From positions 31,620,001-31,684,000 of the forward strand of contig CM022671.1 in assembly GCA_012295275.1 (NCBI GenBank): a stretch of 64,000 bases of DNA. The letters run 5' to 3'. This DNA comes from Chrysomallon squamiferum. Taxonomy: Eukaryota; Animalia; Mollusca. The translations under genes and the position numbers were made by a program. Positions 27,638-41,173 of this stretch are shown here, piece after piece. Positions within the stretch are counted from its first letter, which is position 1, and the number at the start of each line of letters is the position of its first letter. The notes beneath the pieces were generated by a model. That model had not been told where the DNA came from. It made no database searches and worked only from the letters and a program-made list of their open reading frames with translations.

Positions 27638-29574
27638 AATATTTTACTTTTCTTTTGTAAAGCAGGTGACAATTACACTGAAACGTATTTTTAAATATCA
27701 TGACAGTTTTGGGATGCAAGTGTGCGAAAATTAATCCTGTAATAAAAAATAAAAAAAATTTGACAGAAAACTGTAATAAAGTTTTAATACTTGCAACAAA
27801 AGGAAGTTGCAGTTATAAAATGCAGCAATATCCCATAGTTTGACAATTACATTCAATAGCTTGGTAACCTAAAGCAAATCCCCACTGACACTGTTGTATA
27901 GATTCCTCAGTGGGTACACCAATAATAAGTTAACAAAATCCAGGTGGGGGTGAAGTTGTCTGACCCATTTAACAGTCAACAGTCAAATTTTACGCCTATT
28001 TTATTGATATTGATAAAAACTATATTTACGAGATGGCAACATGGGTAGCGTCATTGTAACTTCCATCAAACCACTCTGTAAAACCATGAATGAAAATGAT
28101 GAGACATATTAAGGCAACACATGTGTAAATAATTGCTTTACATCCTTACATTACAATGAGGCGAAAAGGGTTAATTCTTGCACCTTCATTCAGTCATCTG
28201 AGAACACAACATAAAATGAAGATAGATAATCACAGTAATAACATTAGTAGTGGTAATAATGACAGTAACAGTAGTAGTAGTAGTGGTAATAATGACAGTA
28301 ATAGTAGTAGTAGTAGCAACAATAACACAAAAATAATAATAAATAAATATAATAATAACTGATTAACAAAAAACTCAAAATGCTTTTCTTTTTATTTACA
28401 TCTTTACTAGAATTACTGCACATTTTAAAGATACTCTTTTATAAAACTTTGATTTAAAATTATTTATTTATATAAACAGTATTTAGAATATTCCACCTGT
28501 CACTGTATTTTGTGGATGGGTGCAAATATAAAACATATAAATTCATATTTTATTACTAATTTGTTTAAGAAAAATAATTAAAAGAAAAAGAAACAAGCTA
28601 TTAATAAAAAAAAATATATATTCAATCAAACAACACTAAAGTGACAAAAAAAAAAGAAGAAAGATATTTAATCTACAGTAAATATGAATATATATATAAA
28701 TACATAATACTGGCTTTACTGCAATAAAACAGCATGTCATCAGTCATATTAATATTCTAACGAAAATCTGCAACTCTAAATAAAACAGAAACAAAATTCT
28801 TTGTTACCATGTAAAGAAGCAATAATCTAAAACAATGGGCAAAAGGTGTCTTCTTTGCAATAAACAGTGCAGTAAAGAAAACACCTTTGCTGCTATTTTT
28901 TTTTTTATTGCAATCATAACAAAAAAAAAAAAGTGTCTATTAAGCAACAATTTTCTGCTAACTTTGCAGCTTTCAGTTTAACTATTCAAACGGTGATTGC
29001 TATTTCAACTCAGGATCTATCCATAAAGCAGTTACACATTAAAACCTTCCTATCTCCATACTCATTTGTGTATTTGATCTATACCCTTCACCTCCCTGGT
29101 ACAGGCACAGGTTGATTATTATACAGTTAGGAGATTTCATTACACTGATAATTCTGAGACGCTGTAACGAATGATATTTGATTGCAATTTATAGATCTCT
29201 CCTCAAGTACAAAACTTTCACTAAGATATATAAATAAAATACTCAAATAAACCCAATATATTCTCTGTCATTAAATCACCCCAGCCCACCCATACATTCT
29301 TCATTTATAAGACCAGTTTTATAAACCAGTCATGGGACACTTACTATAATGTAGAAATCACCCTCCCGATACATGCAGAGATTGCACCTTATTGCTGCTT
29401 TTTAACCACAAACCTTCAAACTGCTTCTCTGATATCTAAGATATTACAGAAAACAAAATATGATTGGTGATCTGGTTAGATAGAAGATTTGTAGGTCTGT
29501 TGAGTTGTCTGTCTAACTTCAGGAATGATAATCACAGAGTATATCTGTTTAACCCTAATATCTGATATCAGATT

Positions 29575-29800
29575 ATTAACAGGTTATTAGGTGTCAAACA
29601 CAATTACGACTGTGTAATGATGATAGGAGAGAGAGCAAACCCATTGTTGCTGCATGGAAGCATGTAAAATAGCCTTCAATAAAGAAGTCATAGGGCACTA
29701 GCTCTGACAGAAAATAGGTCATTGGTGCAGTGAAGAAAACTGATCCCACAGCCTATCATGCCCCAGGCTTGCTCTTCAAGTACAGATCTAAAGCCTGCCC
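29575..29800 (-). mobile_element. Degenerate SINE, same family, internally deleted
   Basis: Reverse-oriented core gcactagctctgacagaaaataggtcattgg and head ...tctaaagcctgccc. Confidence 0.5.
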
Positions 29801-30643
29801 TTTGATTTACTAGAGAAGTGAAGGCAGCTCTAAATGACCTTACGAATTTAAGAAGACATTAAAAACACATGTAATGAACATTAACAAGAAAATCCTGGAT
29901 CAAGTATTACTTAAAGTAATAAAATTATTGTAGGTAAATGTTATTGCAGGAAAAAAATCCCACAATAAATATGATTTATGATGATTATGATAATAATGAT
30001 GATTATGAGATGACGATGATGGTAAAACATGCAGCAGTGTTACAAGAATAAGAAAATATTCTTTAATGGTTCAGTAGTAAATATCAATACAAATTTATTG
30101 GAAATAAGAACAGAGAAAAAACTGCTTACTGCACAAAAAGTGTTAATAGTCAAGTTGGAGAGAAACAACAGTTTAATTATTACAACAATCACCATGTGAC
30201 AAAGAGGTCACAATGTCACGAGTAGCTGTCTTTTGATTGATTTATTTCTTATCTTTATATACAGATTAACATAAGTCTTGACTATTTTATCTCCTCAATT
30301 ATTTATTAGCCCAGTCAACAATGCCTTTATTTGCTTTTTATTTGCCACTTTCAGTGGGCACAAGTGTGAATCCCAACATGTTCATGGATATCAAAGGGGT
30401 AAAAGAATTTCTAATGTACACTGGTTACGTCAAACTGCTAAGTATGGAAATCTATTCCATCACCTACGTCAGGTTTTAACTCTGTTAGCGACATCACTGA
30501 CTGAATACTCTAAACTAGCTCAAACATTGCTCTTCTTTTCACAGATCAGCTGAAAATATCCAGAGATTTTTATTTAAGTTTTGTTACTTAGTTTTCAGGA
30601 TTTTCGTCTTTCAAAAAACAATAATAATTATAGGGAGTGACAA

Positions 30644-30676
<33 letters not shown>

Positions 30677-30680
30677 CACA

Positions 30681-30740
<60 letters not shown>
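30644..30740. repeat. (GACA)n(CA)n(GA)n microsatellite
   Basis: Direct reading. Confidence 0.9.
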
Positions 30741-30743
<3 letters not shown>

Positions 30744-33700
30744 TTAAAACAAATTAAAAGATGAATGGATGGTTTATCTTACTTTTCTTTTTATATTATT
30801 ATTATTATTAGTAGTATTAGTAGTATTATTAGTATTACTATTATTATTTTATATATATGTTATATTTTATAGGCTACTTTTGACTGAATAACAATTAACA
30901 AACAAGGTATGCAGCCTTCAGTGATTTCTAGCTTTTAATAGGTCTGGAAAGGCACATCCCATGTTTAAAAGCTATTAGTCTAATGACACCATCATACACA
31001 GCACCACGTAGTTAAACCAATCCTCTTACCCACACGTTAATCTACAATATATCACACACAGCTTTAACAATAAATTTAATATTTCTGCCACCGTGATGTG
31101 ATCTTTGATACCTTACAACTCATTAAACATGTGACAGACAAGTACAAAGAGTAAAATAGCCTGGCACCATGTACAGAGGCACGTGCCTATAAGCGTCATG
31201 TCAAGTGTAAAATGAGGGGTCGTCTGATGGAAGAGATATTCACATGCAGATAATCCCCAAGAACAAACAACTGAGAAACCCTGCTGCTTGGAGTTATTTC
31301 AGAACAAGGAACTACCATCCTTGGAGAGTTAGCCTCCTGCTGGGTGCAGTCTGTGCTGGAAATATTGTATTAACAACATGTTGGTTGTGTCTTCATTATT
31401 TGTGGACACATGAGGTACTGAGAGTGATGATATCAGTGTAATATCTGATAATTATACCTCACATTTGTTCTTCTATGAGACCCCAGCACTGCTGCAGTTA
31501 TTTTGACTATTCCAATAGATTTTTTTTAATTTTTTAAATTATTATTATTATTTTTTTTTCTTTCTCATTTGAGTATTATTATTAATATATAGTGTTTAAA
31601 CATGAAATCGTGAATAAGAGTGTTGGATGTCCCAAAAATCCATCAAGGAACCTGGAATGATTCACCTATGCAAAGCAGGAGACTGAAATGTTGAAGCAAT
31701 CGCTGAAATTTGATTATCTTAACTCTCTAACTCAAATCTGGCTATTTTAAATCTCATAATTTAGAATTAAAAAAATACCACTAAAAAAACAATTTAAATT
31801 TCACTATATTTAAAAAAAATTATTCTTACTACTGGGATAGAGAATTTACTTAATTCTCTAAAATATGGTTTACTGCTAATATTTAATATTTTCTGTTTTA
31901 AATTTTGAATATTACAACATAAAGTTATATAAAGAAGCATAACCAAAACATTTTTATAAATCATTATCACCCAACAAAAAACCGGAAACATGAATCTGAA
32001 GAATAACCAAAGCAGTTGCTAAGGGCTACAAATTTAATTTGCAATTAAACAGTCTTGTGTGTGTCTGAATAGAAAGCCAAACTGTGACAAATGGATAAAC
32101 AGTTTAGTTTTATTTTAATACTTCATTAAAACAAATATAACAGAAATCTGAAAATAAATCAAAAGAATTTAATGTTCAAAATAATAACCAAATCAGTTTC
32201 TGGATGTATTAGGCTGATGATGTAAACTGCATGCATAACATTATTTATTGTTATATATTTACAGAAAACTGTTAATAAACTAACAGTTAAAAGGCTAGTC
32301 AATATCTCATAACAGATTATGTCAGACTGCCATTAATCACAAAAAGAGGGGTTCTGTGATGGCTAGATATGCCACCCCACAATCTAAAGCTGCCTCCAAC
32401 AAATCATTGACATTGTCCAACATTGTCATTAATGAAAAACTCTCCTGGTGTCTGTAGACACAGTAACTGAACTGGAAACAAAACGTGTGAACAGCATTTG
32501 ACATCACACATGACAAGTTCATTAGTCACATATCCTTCCTTCCCTTCTGCGATGTGGGAGGAATGTTGCTGAACAACCTGGTAATGGCAGTGAAGAACTC
32601 TGGCTCAAAGGGCAAATGTGTATGGGTTAAATAGACTCTAGAATCAGAGTTGCAGTGCACAGATTGTCAGGTACCTGGCATGCATTGATTTTGCTTTGTT
32701 GTACAGTCATATTGATGAAGCATCAATCCCTCTTTTTGTAGGGCTTTTAGGTCTTCTTGATCATGGACAATTTTGGACAGAATTCATTACTGGTACCTTT
32801 GCCAAAGTCAACCAGTGATGCCCAGATTAACACAAAAAATATGCAAATTATCTGATTTGTGAAAAAGCAACTAATGCACACATTTTAAACCTTTCAAGTT
32901 GGCCTTAGTTAGCATGCCACAGCAAGCATGTTCTAGACTATGTCAATGGCAGGGTACTGAGTTCATTTCTGGGTTGCTTAGACCCACTTTCCTTAATGTG
33001 CAGTAATATCATGTGTGACATTATGATGTAGATAGTAAACTGTTCATTCAAGAAAAATAATGCTGAAAATACTGACCCTTAAATGGTTTTGATTAATATA
33101 TTAGTATTTTAAAAATAATATTAAGAAGTTTAAGCCTTTTCTTGCTATAAATTTAGCTGTATTAGTGTGTGTGTGTGTGTGTGTGTGTGTTTCCTAAGAT
33201 ACAAATAAAAAACATTTTAAAAAATCTAATGGTATCATTGTAAAATACTAACACTCTAATATGGATATACAACATCGAACTGAAGAATGAAGAAATTAAA
33301 TTCATAATGACAAACAAATTTCTGTTTTCATATACCCATTTGTGGAATCTGTTTTAAAACAAGATTAACTAGCTTATAGGCTTTCAAAAATTACAACTTC
33401 TAGAAGAAAAGCATTGAGTTTAGTTGCATTATAAGACTGTTTTTTAGGACAAAATTCAAGAATCAGTAGCACCAATGTTTACAAGACACTGAATTTTAAA
33501 AATCTAATTATGCAATCTAAGAAGCTGAACAACAAAAAGAACACTCAAATTTTAGGCACAATACACAAAATAAGAATAAAAAGGAAACATAATTTAAACA
33601 ATAATCAAATATATAATTTAAATTTATTTTATAAATATTTTTTTTTTAAAATTATATTTTTTTTTTTCATTCTTGTTTTTCTTTACTGGGTAAAAAACTC

Positions 33701-34598
33701 CATGGCTATTAAAAAAAAAAAGAAACATGTTAAAGATCAATAATTATATCACTGTATTTTGAAAACTACTAATCATTTAAAATGTATATGTGCAGTATTA
33801 AACTAGATGTCACTCTGCCCTGGTAATTAATCTCCCATTATACATGTATATCGTGCTCCTTCCAGAATACAAAACAAATAAATAAATAAATAAATAAAAA
33901 AAAAAAGAGTAAGTACAAATTTAAAAAATATATATATATAAAATAAAATTAATCTAATGGCTTTTGTCATTCAACCATCAAAGAGTTTCAAGGTTTTTAA
34001 ACAAGTCGTTTAACTATTATTTTTATTGCCATCTCACCCCAGATATTAACAATGATATAATTTTAGTAATAACACCAATCGAAAGATCTGAATAGTGTAC
34101 ACTGGTCATCAGATAAGACAGTGCAAACAGTGGGTTTGTGTACTGGAGGTAAGCTATATTAATTACCTCACCACTCTCCAGGCATATCACATTTATATCC
34201 AGCTAGGAAAATCCCCCAGAGTTTCAAACACAAATTCAAAACTCAATTTTTCATCATTTTGTCTTTCTGTCAGGTGTCTTCTAAGGGTCACTGAATTTAA
34301 AAGATAAAATAAACCAGCTCTTTCTGTATTACGTAACAGTTACCTCCTGCAAATTCCATGAATAATGTTCTGTTACTGAACTGCAGGTTCCAGTGACAGG
34401 ACAGTCACCATTATGTTGATATTTATTATTATTATTATTATAGTAGTATTATAGTAGTAGTACTAGTACTAGGAGAGTAGTAGTAGTAGTAGCTGTATTT
34501 GTAGCAGCAGCAGTAACAGTAGTAGTAGTAGTAGTAGCAGCAGTAGTAGTAAAAAAAAAATTAAAATTATATTCTTTGTTTGGATTTTTCCACTGATC

Positions 34599-34601
<3 letters not shown>

Positions 34602-34676
<75 letters not shown>
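34602..34676. repeat. (AAT)n microsatellite
   Basis: Direct reading. Confidence 0.9.
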
Positions 34677-34678
<2 letters not shown>

Positions 34679-35014
34679 TATATTTTGGGAGTAAAAATGT
34701 ACATATACTTTCATATAGAATGCTGTACCCATTACATGTAACAGAATATATTATGGTAAGAGATTAAACCAGCTGTATCTGGTGGATCTAACAGTAGTAA
34801 TAAGGTTCCTCCTCCAGGTCTGTCCTTGAACAGTCCTTCAACTGCCACTCCCTGCTCAGCTCATTTCTACTTACAGAACTGAAGCCATACTGCATTCAAA
34901 CATTTCCAAAATTGTAATTAGAAGTTATCATTTGTTAAGTAAGAAAACAGATTCTTTTACATTTCATCAATACGGTTTTGCATTTTTTGTATTGTTGCTG
35001 TTGATTTTTTTTCT

Positions 35015-35069
<55 letters not shown>

Positions 35070-36436
35070 TCACATACATACACAGACACACTGATATAGA
35101 GATATTGAATAATTTGTTCTAAAGTCTTTAAGGTTCACAATCTGAATGACTTTACAAAAACAAAGAAAACTTCATCAACATAAAGATTTATAAATTATTC
35201 TAAATCAGAAAAAGAAACTGGCTAGTTAATTTTATACAACCAAAAATAACAATAATAACCAAAATTTTTAAAAAATGTAGAAAAAAAAAAAAGGGTATTA
35301 ACAAAGAAAACAAAACACAAAAATAATAAAAATATAGTCAAGTTAGTTATAAATATGTCACAGTTATGGGAATTGAAAACAGTCATAAAAATTGAAACTG
35401 TCATTTACCATTCTTTTATGACTATTTGTTTGGTAGGTTTGACTAATTTCATGTCAATGTAAGATCCCAAAAACATATGTAAAAAATAACAAAACAAATC
35501 CCCTGAATAAAAGGACAAAATGTCAAATATGACTGGATCAGTATGATCAAAAATAATTTAATAATATTGAAGAATACTAATTCATTAAAACTGGAAAAAA
35601 ATTAATAAATAATAAAATAAAATAAAATAAAATAAAAAAAAAAATAAAGATACAAATAAGTATTTTTGATTAACTTTCCTTGACATATGTAACAGGAAAT
35701 ATGTACATTTAACTGACAGCAGATATAAAAAATCTTTAATAATGTAAAATGTCTGTGTTATTCAGAAGACAAGATTATTAAATATTTCTCTATCTACATC
35801 TTTCAGATAGAGTAAACTACTTCTTTTCATATCTTTAAATGATATGTCTAGACTTGTGATAATTGTTATGGTCTGGTAAGCTCAATTAATTTTATTGTTA
35901 ATGATATTTTTTTTTCACTCTCTCCCTTTCCCTTGTGAATCCAATAAAATGCATATACAGATCCAGAGGGGGTTATGTATATATCTTTATGATCCCCTAC
36001 TGAATCTAATAAAATGTTTAATAGATAAAAAAAAGCATTGGTGTACGTCATATTTGATCCAGTAAAGGATTCAGAACATACGTTGTGTGTGGGTGTGGGT
36101 GTGTGTTAGTACCTTTACAAACAGCCACATTTTTGCTAGGTGATTTCAGTTTCTTTATTTCAGCTTGAAATCACTGCTGGCTACTTCCCACTTTTTTCTG
36201 AAATCCTAGATCCTCCCTTAAGAAGTTATCAATTTCAAATCCCCACTAAAATACCAACGTCTCTTTTATCTAAAACATACCTGTAATGTACGTGATTGTA
36301 AACCAGTGAATGACTTCGATGGTTCTTTTAACAGACAAACAACTAGAATGACATATCAGTTTTTACTATCACAAATGCATCTTTTAGATCAGTCCGATTC
36401 ACAGCTATCTCTGTTAAGAAAGTTGGAGCGAGAAAG

Positions 36437-36470
<34 letters not shown>

Positions 36471-37289
36471 GTTTCTTTTCTACTTATATAATATTTCTCT
36501 GCTCATGTATAACACAATTTTAAACATGCTTAATGACACATATCACATTTTTTTTTTTCACTCCCTTTTCTTCTGTTTGTTGTTAACAAATCTCTCTAAT
36601 AAGTTTCATGGCTGTTGGTAACTGGCACTAAAGATAGGGTGATGTGATAACACGACCTCGGTCTATCTTGTCTGAAACATCAGCCTGCGAGGAGGAGGAC
36701 GTCAAGCAAGCTGATTCAGAAATAAAGATGAAGTTGATTGTTGCTCGAAAGTCAAAAGATATATTAAATAAAAAAAAGAGACAAGAATGAAAGAAGAAAA
36801 AAAAAATTGTCTCGCCAGATTTATGACAATTTCCCCATTAACACATACTTAGATAAATTATTGGTACTTACAGTGAAAGGCAGTTAATCCCATCATGTCG
36901 AATGAAGCTCAAAGGAAAACGGGACCCATCAACATATAAAGAATTTACTATTCATGTTTTTCTTAGCAAACATATCCGTCAGTTCGGGTACATTGTGCAA
37001 ATCTTTTATAGCAATTTGAAGGAAAATATATGTGGGTTAACAGAAAAGAAGATGTGCCATTTAGTGTTAATCTTCAGAGAGATGGGATCATAAATAATTT
37101 TTTCAACATCAAAGCATTTAAAACATATCAGTCAAACATATGTTTTGTGAACATTTCTTTGATACACAAACACACACACACACACACAAACCCACACAGA
37201 CACACAGATGAGTCAAATTTTAAGTTATTCCTTTTGTCATAAGTTTATTACAAATTTCAATTTTCATTTATTTATTTTTTTATTATTAT

Positions 37290-37329
<40 letters not shown>

Positions 37330-40300
37330 TATTTTGTTTGTTTTTGGTAGGGTTTTTAAAAAGTTTTTCTGTGTTGCAGTTGTTCAAAATCTTTATCCTT
37401 CAAAAATTCAAAACATAAAAATTAGGACTGCTTTAAATTTCTCACTGCTAACACAGAAGTCAGTTTTGTGACTTGGTTTCTGATTTTATGTGGAGAGTCA
37501 AACAAATTCTGATTAGCAGCAAGCAGCCTGATTGTTCCTGAAAACATAAATATATTAATGTATTTAAATTTAATGTATCTTGCTAAGGACATGAAAATCA
37601 AACTACAGTCTATAAATCTTCTTTCAGAACGAAGAAAATTAATATTTTGTCATTTATTGTTCCTTTCTAAATAAAGAAAACAAACAGCCTTACTTTCTAC
37701 ACCTAGGTAAATATGAATAACAAATAATAGATTGTATCATGATATAATATAAGTGTGTATAATTTGTACCAGCATGCAGCCACTTTAATGTCCACAAGGT
37801 GACATATATTAATACGATAGATCTGTAAGCAAATATTAATGTTATGTCTGTATCTCACACTAACTAGAGAAATGATAGACAATACTACATTCATTTTCCA
37901 CATTTATCCATATCAGGTGGTCTTCAATTTACAAACACTGACATATGTATTACAAGATTATGTGTATGTGTTTGTGTGTGCATACATACACATATGTGTG
38001 TGCATTTGTATGTTTACTGTGATTTACATAATACGGACTAACAAGTATGATTATGTAATTTATTTCACTTTCATAAAAGAAAAAAGTTGAAATATAATAG
38101 TATTTCTTTTGATTTTGTTTTATATTTTCAGAAGGCTTTCTAAATAAATTGAATGTCAGAAAAACAAACGTATAAAAATCCAGCTGAAACAAGGTAAGAT
38201 TTGTGAATACAAAAATCCTGTTTTCATTACTATCCTTACAACGAAAATGGTCAGTTAATGTACATTATGTGGGTAAAAAAACTAAAAACAACAGCACTGA
38301 AAAATAAAATAGAGAATTACTGAAAAACGTTTGGACAGACAAATGAGAAGAGTCAGCATAATAAATTTACTACAAAGTGCAGTTTAAACAAAGACATCAA
38401 ACAGAAGTTAATCTCTCCCTTGAACAACACAACTATTCTGTTAAAATATGTGCATTTTAATAGGCAGTAAGAAAGTTTGTTAATTTAATACATATGATAA
38501 CACTGTAGACTTGGAATCTAAAGGATTATGCTTATCTCCATTCAATCCAAAAGAAACTTTATGAAGCCCAGTTATTGCTTTAACTATACAAATAAAACAA
38601 CATGAACAGCACTGCAAGTGTTGTTTTTATTTTTTATTTACTTTTTTTTATTTATTTATTTTTTTATTTATTTATGTTATTTTATTTTATTTTATTTTAT
38701 TTTTCTTATTTATTATTATTATTCTTTTCAAAGCACTGTTTTATCAAGCACTTCATAAGTTCTGGACTCGGCATAAAGTTAAATATTGCAGTTTAAAACT
38801 CTATCTGCATTCAATATGCATACTTTACAAAGTATCTTGCTACATTTTCAGACAACTTCAGTGTGAACTGTGAATAATTTCAGTGAACAATAACTGTTCA
38901 CATCAGAAAAATCATCTTGATTAGACAACAGAAAATATTCAGTATAAAGATATCATTAAAACTATATCATTTTTGAAATAGCCAGTTTTGGGGTTTTAAT
39001 TATAAATACATTTTTTTTTATATTACTGTTTTAAATGTGGGTGGATGTTTTACCATTTGTTTGATATGTTTGAGCTATTCCAAAAATCAAAGATGTGTTG
39101 CATGCACATGAATGCACACTACCAGTTTATAACTGAATAAAACAAAGAACATGTTAAATCCAGTAAAGATAAAAACATATATTATTACTGTAAATGCCAA
39201 GCAACTGGCAAGTGTAAAATCATTTAGTAACATAAATAATAAAAAATAAAAATAAAATAAAATAAAATTGTTTGATTAATCATTTACATTAAATTGTTCA
39301 GTTAGGGTAATGACACATATGTTGTTTGAACAGACATTTGTATGCAGACATTTCTGTGTTGACAAAAAAAAATCAAACATTGCAGAGTGACTTAAAGGCA
39401 GAGAATTCCACATTAAGCCTCAATCAGATTAATTTGACAGAAACACAGTGTGTGCTGTGAATTCATCGTGTAACTGTGGATGTTGTGTAGGTAAATAACA
39501 CTTCTGTCCATGTTTGGCTTTCCAATCGACCAGCATGACACGAAGTTTCTAATTTTCGTTTCTTATCAATCAATGACCATTTAAAAAAGCGTTAGTGAAT
39601 AACCATTACTGCATTTCATAGCTTATAAATAGAATGCCCAAACAGGAGTTTAATTAGAGTGAAAGAAAAGGAAAAAGTAACCAGTAGTCATTCTTAATTG
39701 ACTTGCTCCAAAAATATCTTTAAAAGTAGTATTTCAGCTATTTCAGATTTAAATCAATGTATACCCATGTAGGTCTATTACAAATTATTCTGGATTTATG
39801 CAATATGTTACCTTGCTATATCCAATCAGATGAATTCAAATATGAGAAGATAAAAAAGAAGAGAAGAAAAAATATTATTTACTACAGAAATGAAGTCAAA
39901 CATCCTGGGAAAAACTTGTTTTTTAAAAAAAAAAAAATAATAAAAGAAGTAAAATATATATATATATATATATGGATATGCAAGTCATGTTAGTTTGTAT
40001 GATCAGTGATATGGAAACATGTAAGTAATGTGTGTTCACGTCATATTTTTGCTTCAGTTTTCAAACTTAATGATACGGAACAAATAACTGAAATGATTAC
40101 TGTCTCCTACGGCTTCTATCTTAAAAAGCACTGCAGTATTTTAGTTTAGTTTATTAACTTTTATTATCATTATTATTATTACTGCTACATATTTCTTATC
40201 CTTTTGTTATTCACACAGGATGATTGTGTCTCATTTGGTGATCACAAGCTTCAAAAGATGTCTTCAGTGTACAAAGTGTTTGAGATTTATTTCTTTCTAA

Positions 40301-41123
40301 TGATTACTGCTTCAGTTACACAAATGTCTCAGTTGTAATGATCTCAGTGGGGTACATTCTGTCTGTCTGTCTGTACAAACAAAATGTAACGGGTCACGAG
40401 AAAGACTGCATGTTTTACATACACTGCAAACTTTTATGTATTTTATGTGTAACCATTCTCAGGCTGCATTTCACATTAAAAGAATAATAATAATAAAAAA
40501 AAATAAAAATAAAATAAAATTAAAAAAAATAAAATAAAAATAATACTGGGTTTTGAAAAAACCTGACAAAAAGGTCAAATTTCAATGAAAGAATTTAATA
40601 CATTACCATTTTTTTTCCCCTGAATCTCAAATAGTATCAGAAAAATCTCCACAGTCCATCTCAATGCTTTTCAATATAAATAAATAAAATACCTTAGTAA
40701 TGATAATAATAACAACAATAATAAAATAAGGTTTAATTTTGGGAACCACAAAACGTTATTCTTCCCAAGACATCAGCAGGTAACTTTGATTTAATAAAAT
40801 ATGTTGAATAATTTAATGTGCAATAAATCTTTAGTATACTTTCCCTTACAGAAACCAGTGATTTCAAAGTAAAAATTTTGAAGTCTTGATTTCATTTAGC
40901 TTTTTTATTATAATGTATCAAATACTTGTACGTTTTATTGCTTACATTTAGATTTTTATAACTTCAAAAGGAATGGCTTTATACTATATATAAATGGCAG
41001 TGTTATTAACAGTTTCTGATAGCTTAAATCTGTCAGGTTTTTTTCTTTCTTTTTTTCTGAGTAACAAAAATCTCCAACTGTCTTAATATGAACAGCTATT
41101 ATATTTTCAAAAATAGGTTGTTA

Positions 41124-41173
<50 letters not shown>

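Noticed and set aside
31411-31461. TGAGGTA...TACCTCA, let-7-like start with a stem
   Set aside because: The rest does not match let-7 and the stem has a large asymmetric internal loop
36733-36753. GTTGATTGTTGCTCGAAAGTC resembles miR-315
   Set aside because: Seed differs and there is no complementary arm to form a hairpin
40326-40346. Minus-strand TGAGATCATT resembling bantam
   Set aside because: No pairing arm; 3' part diverges
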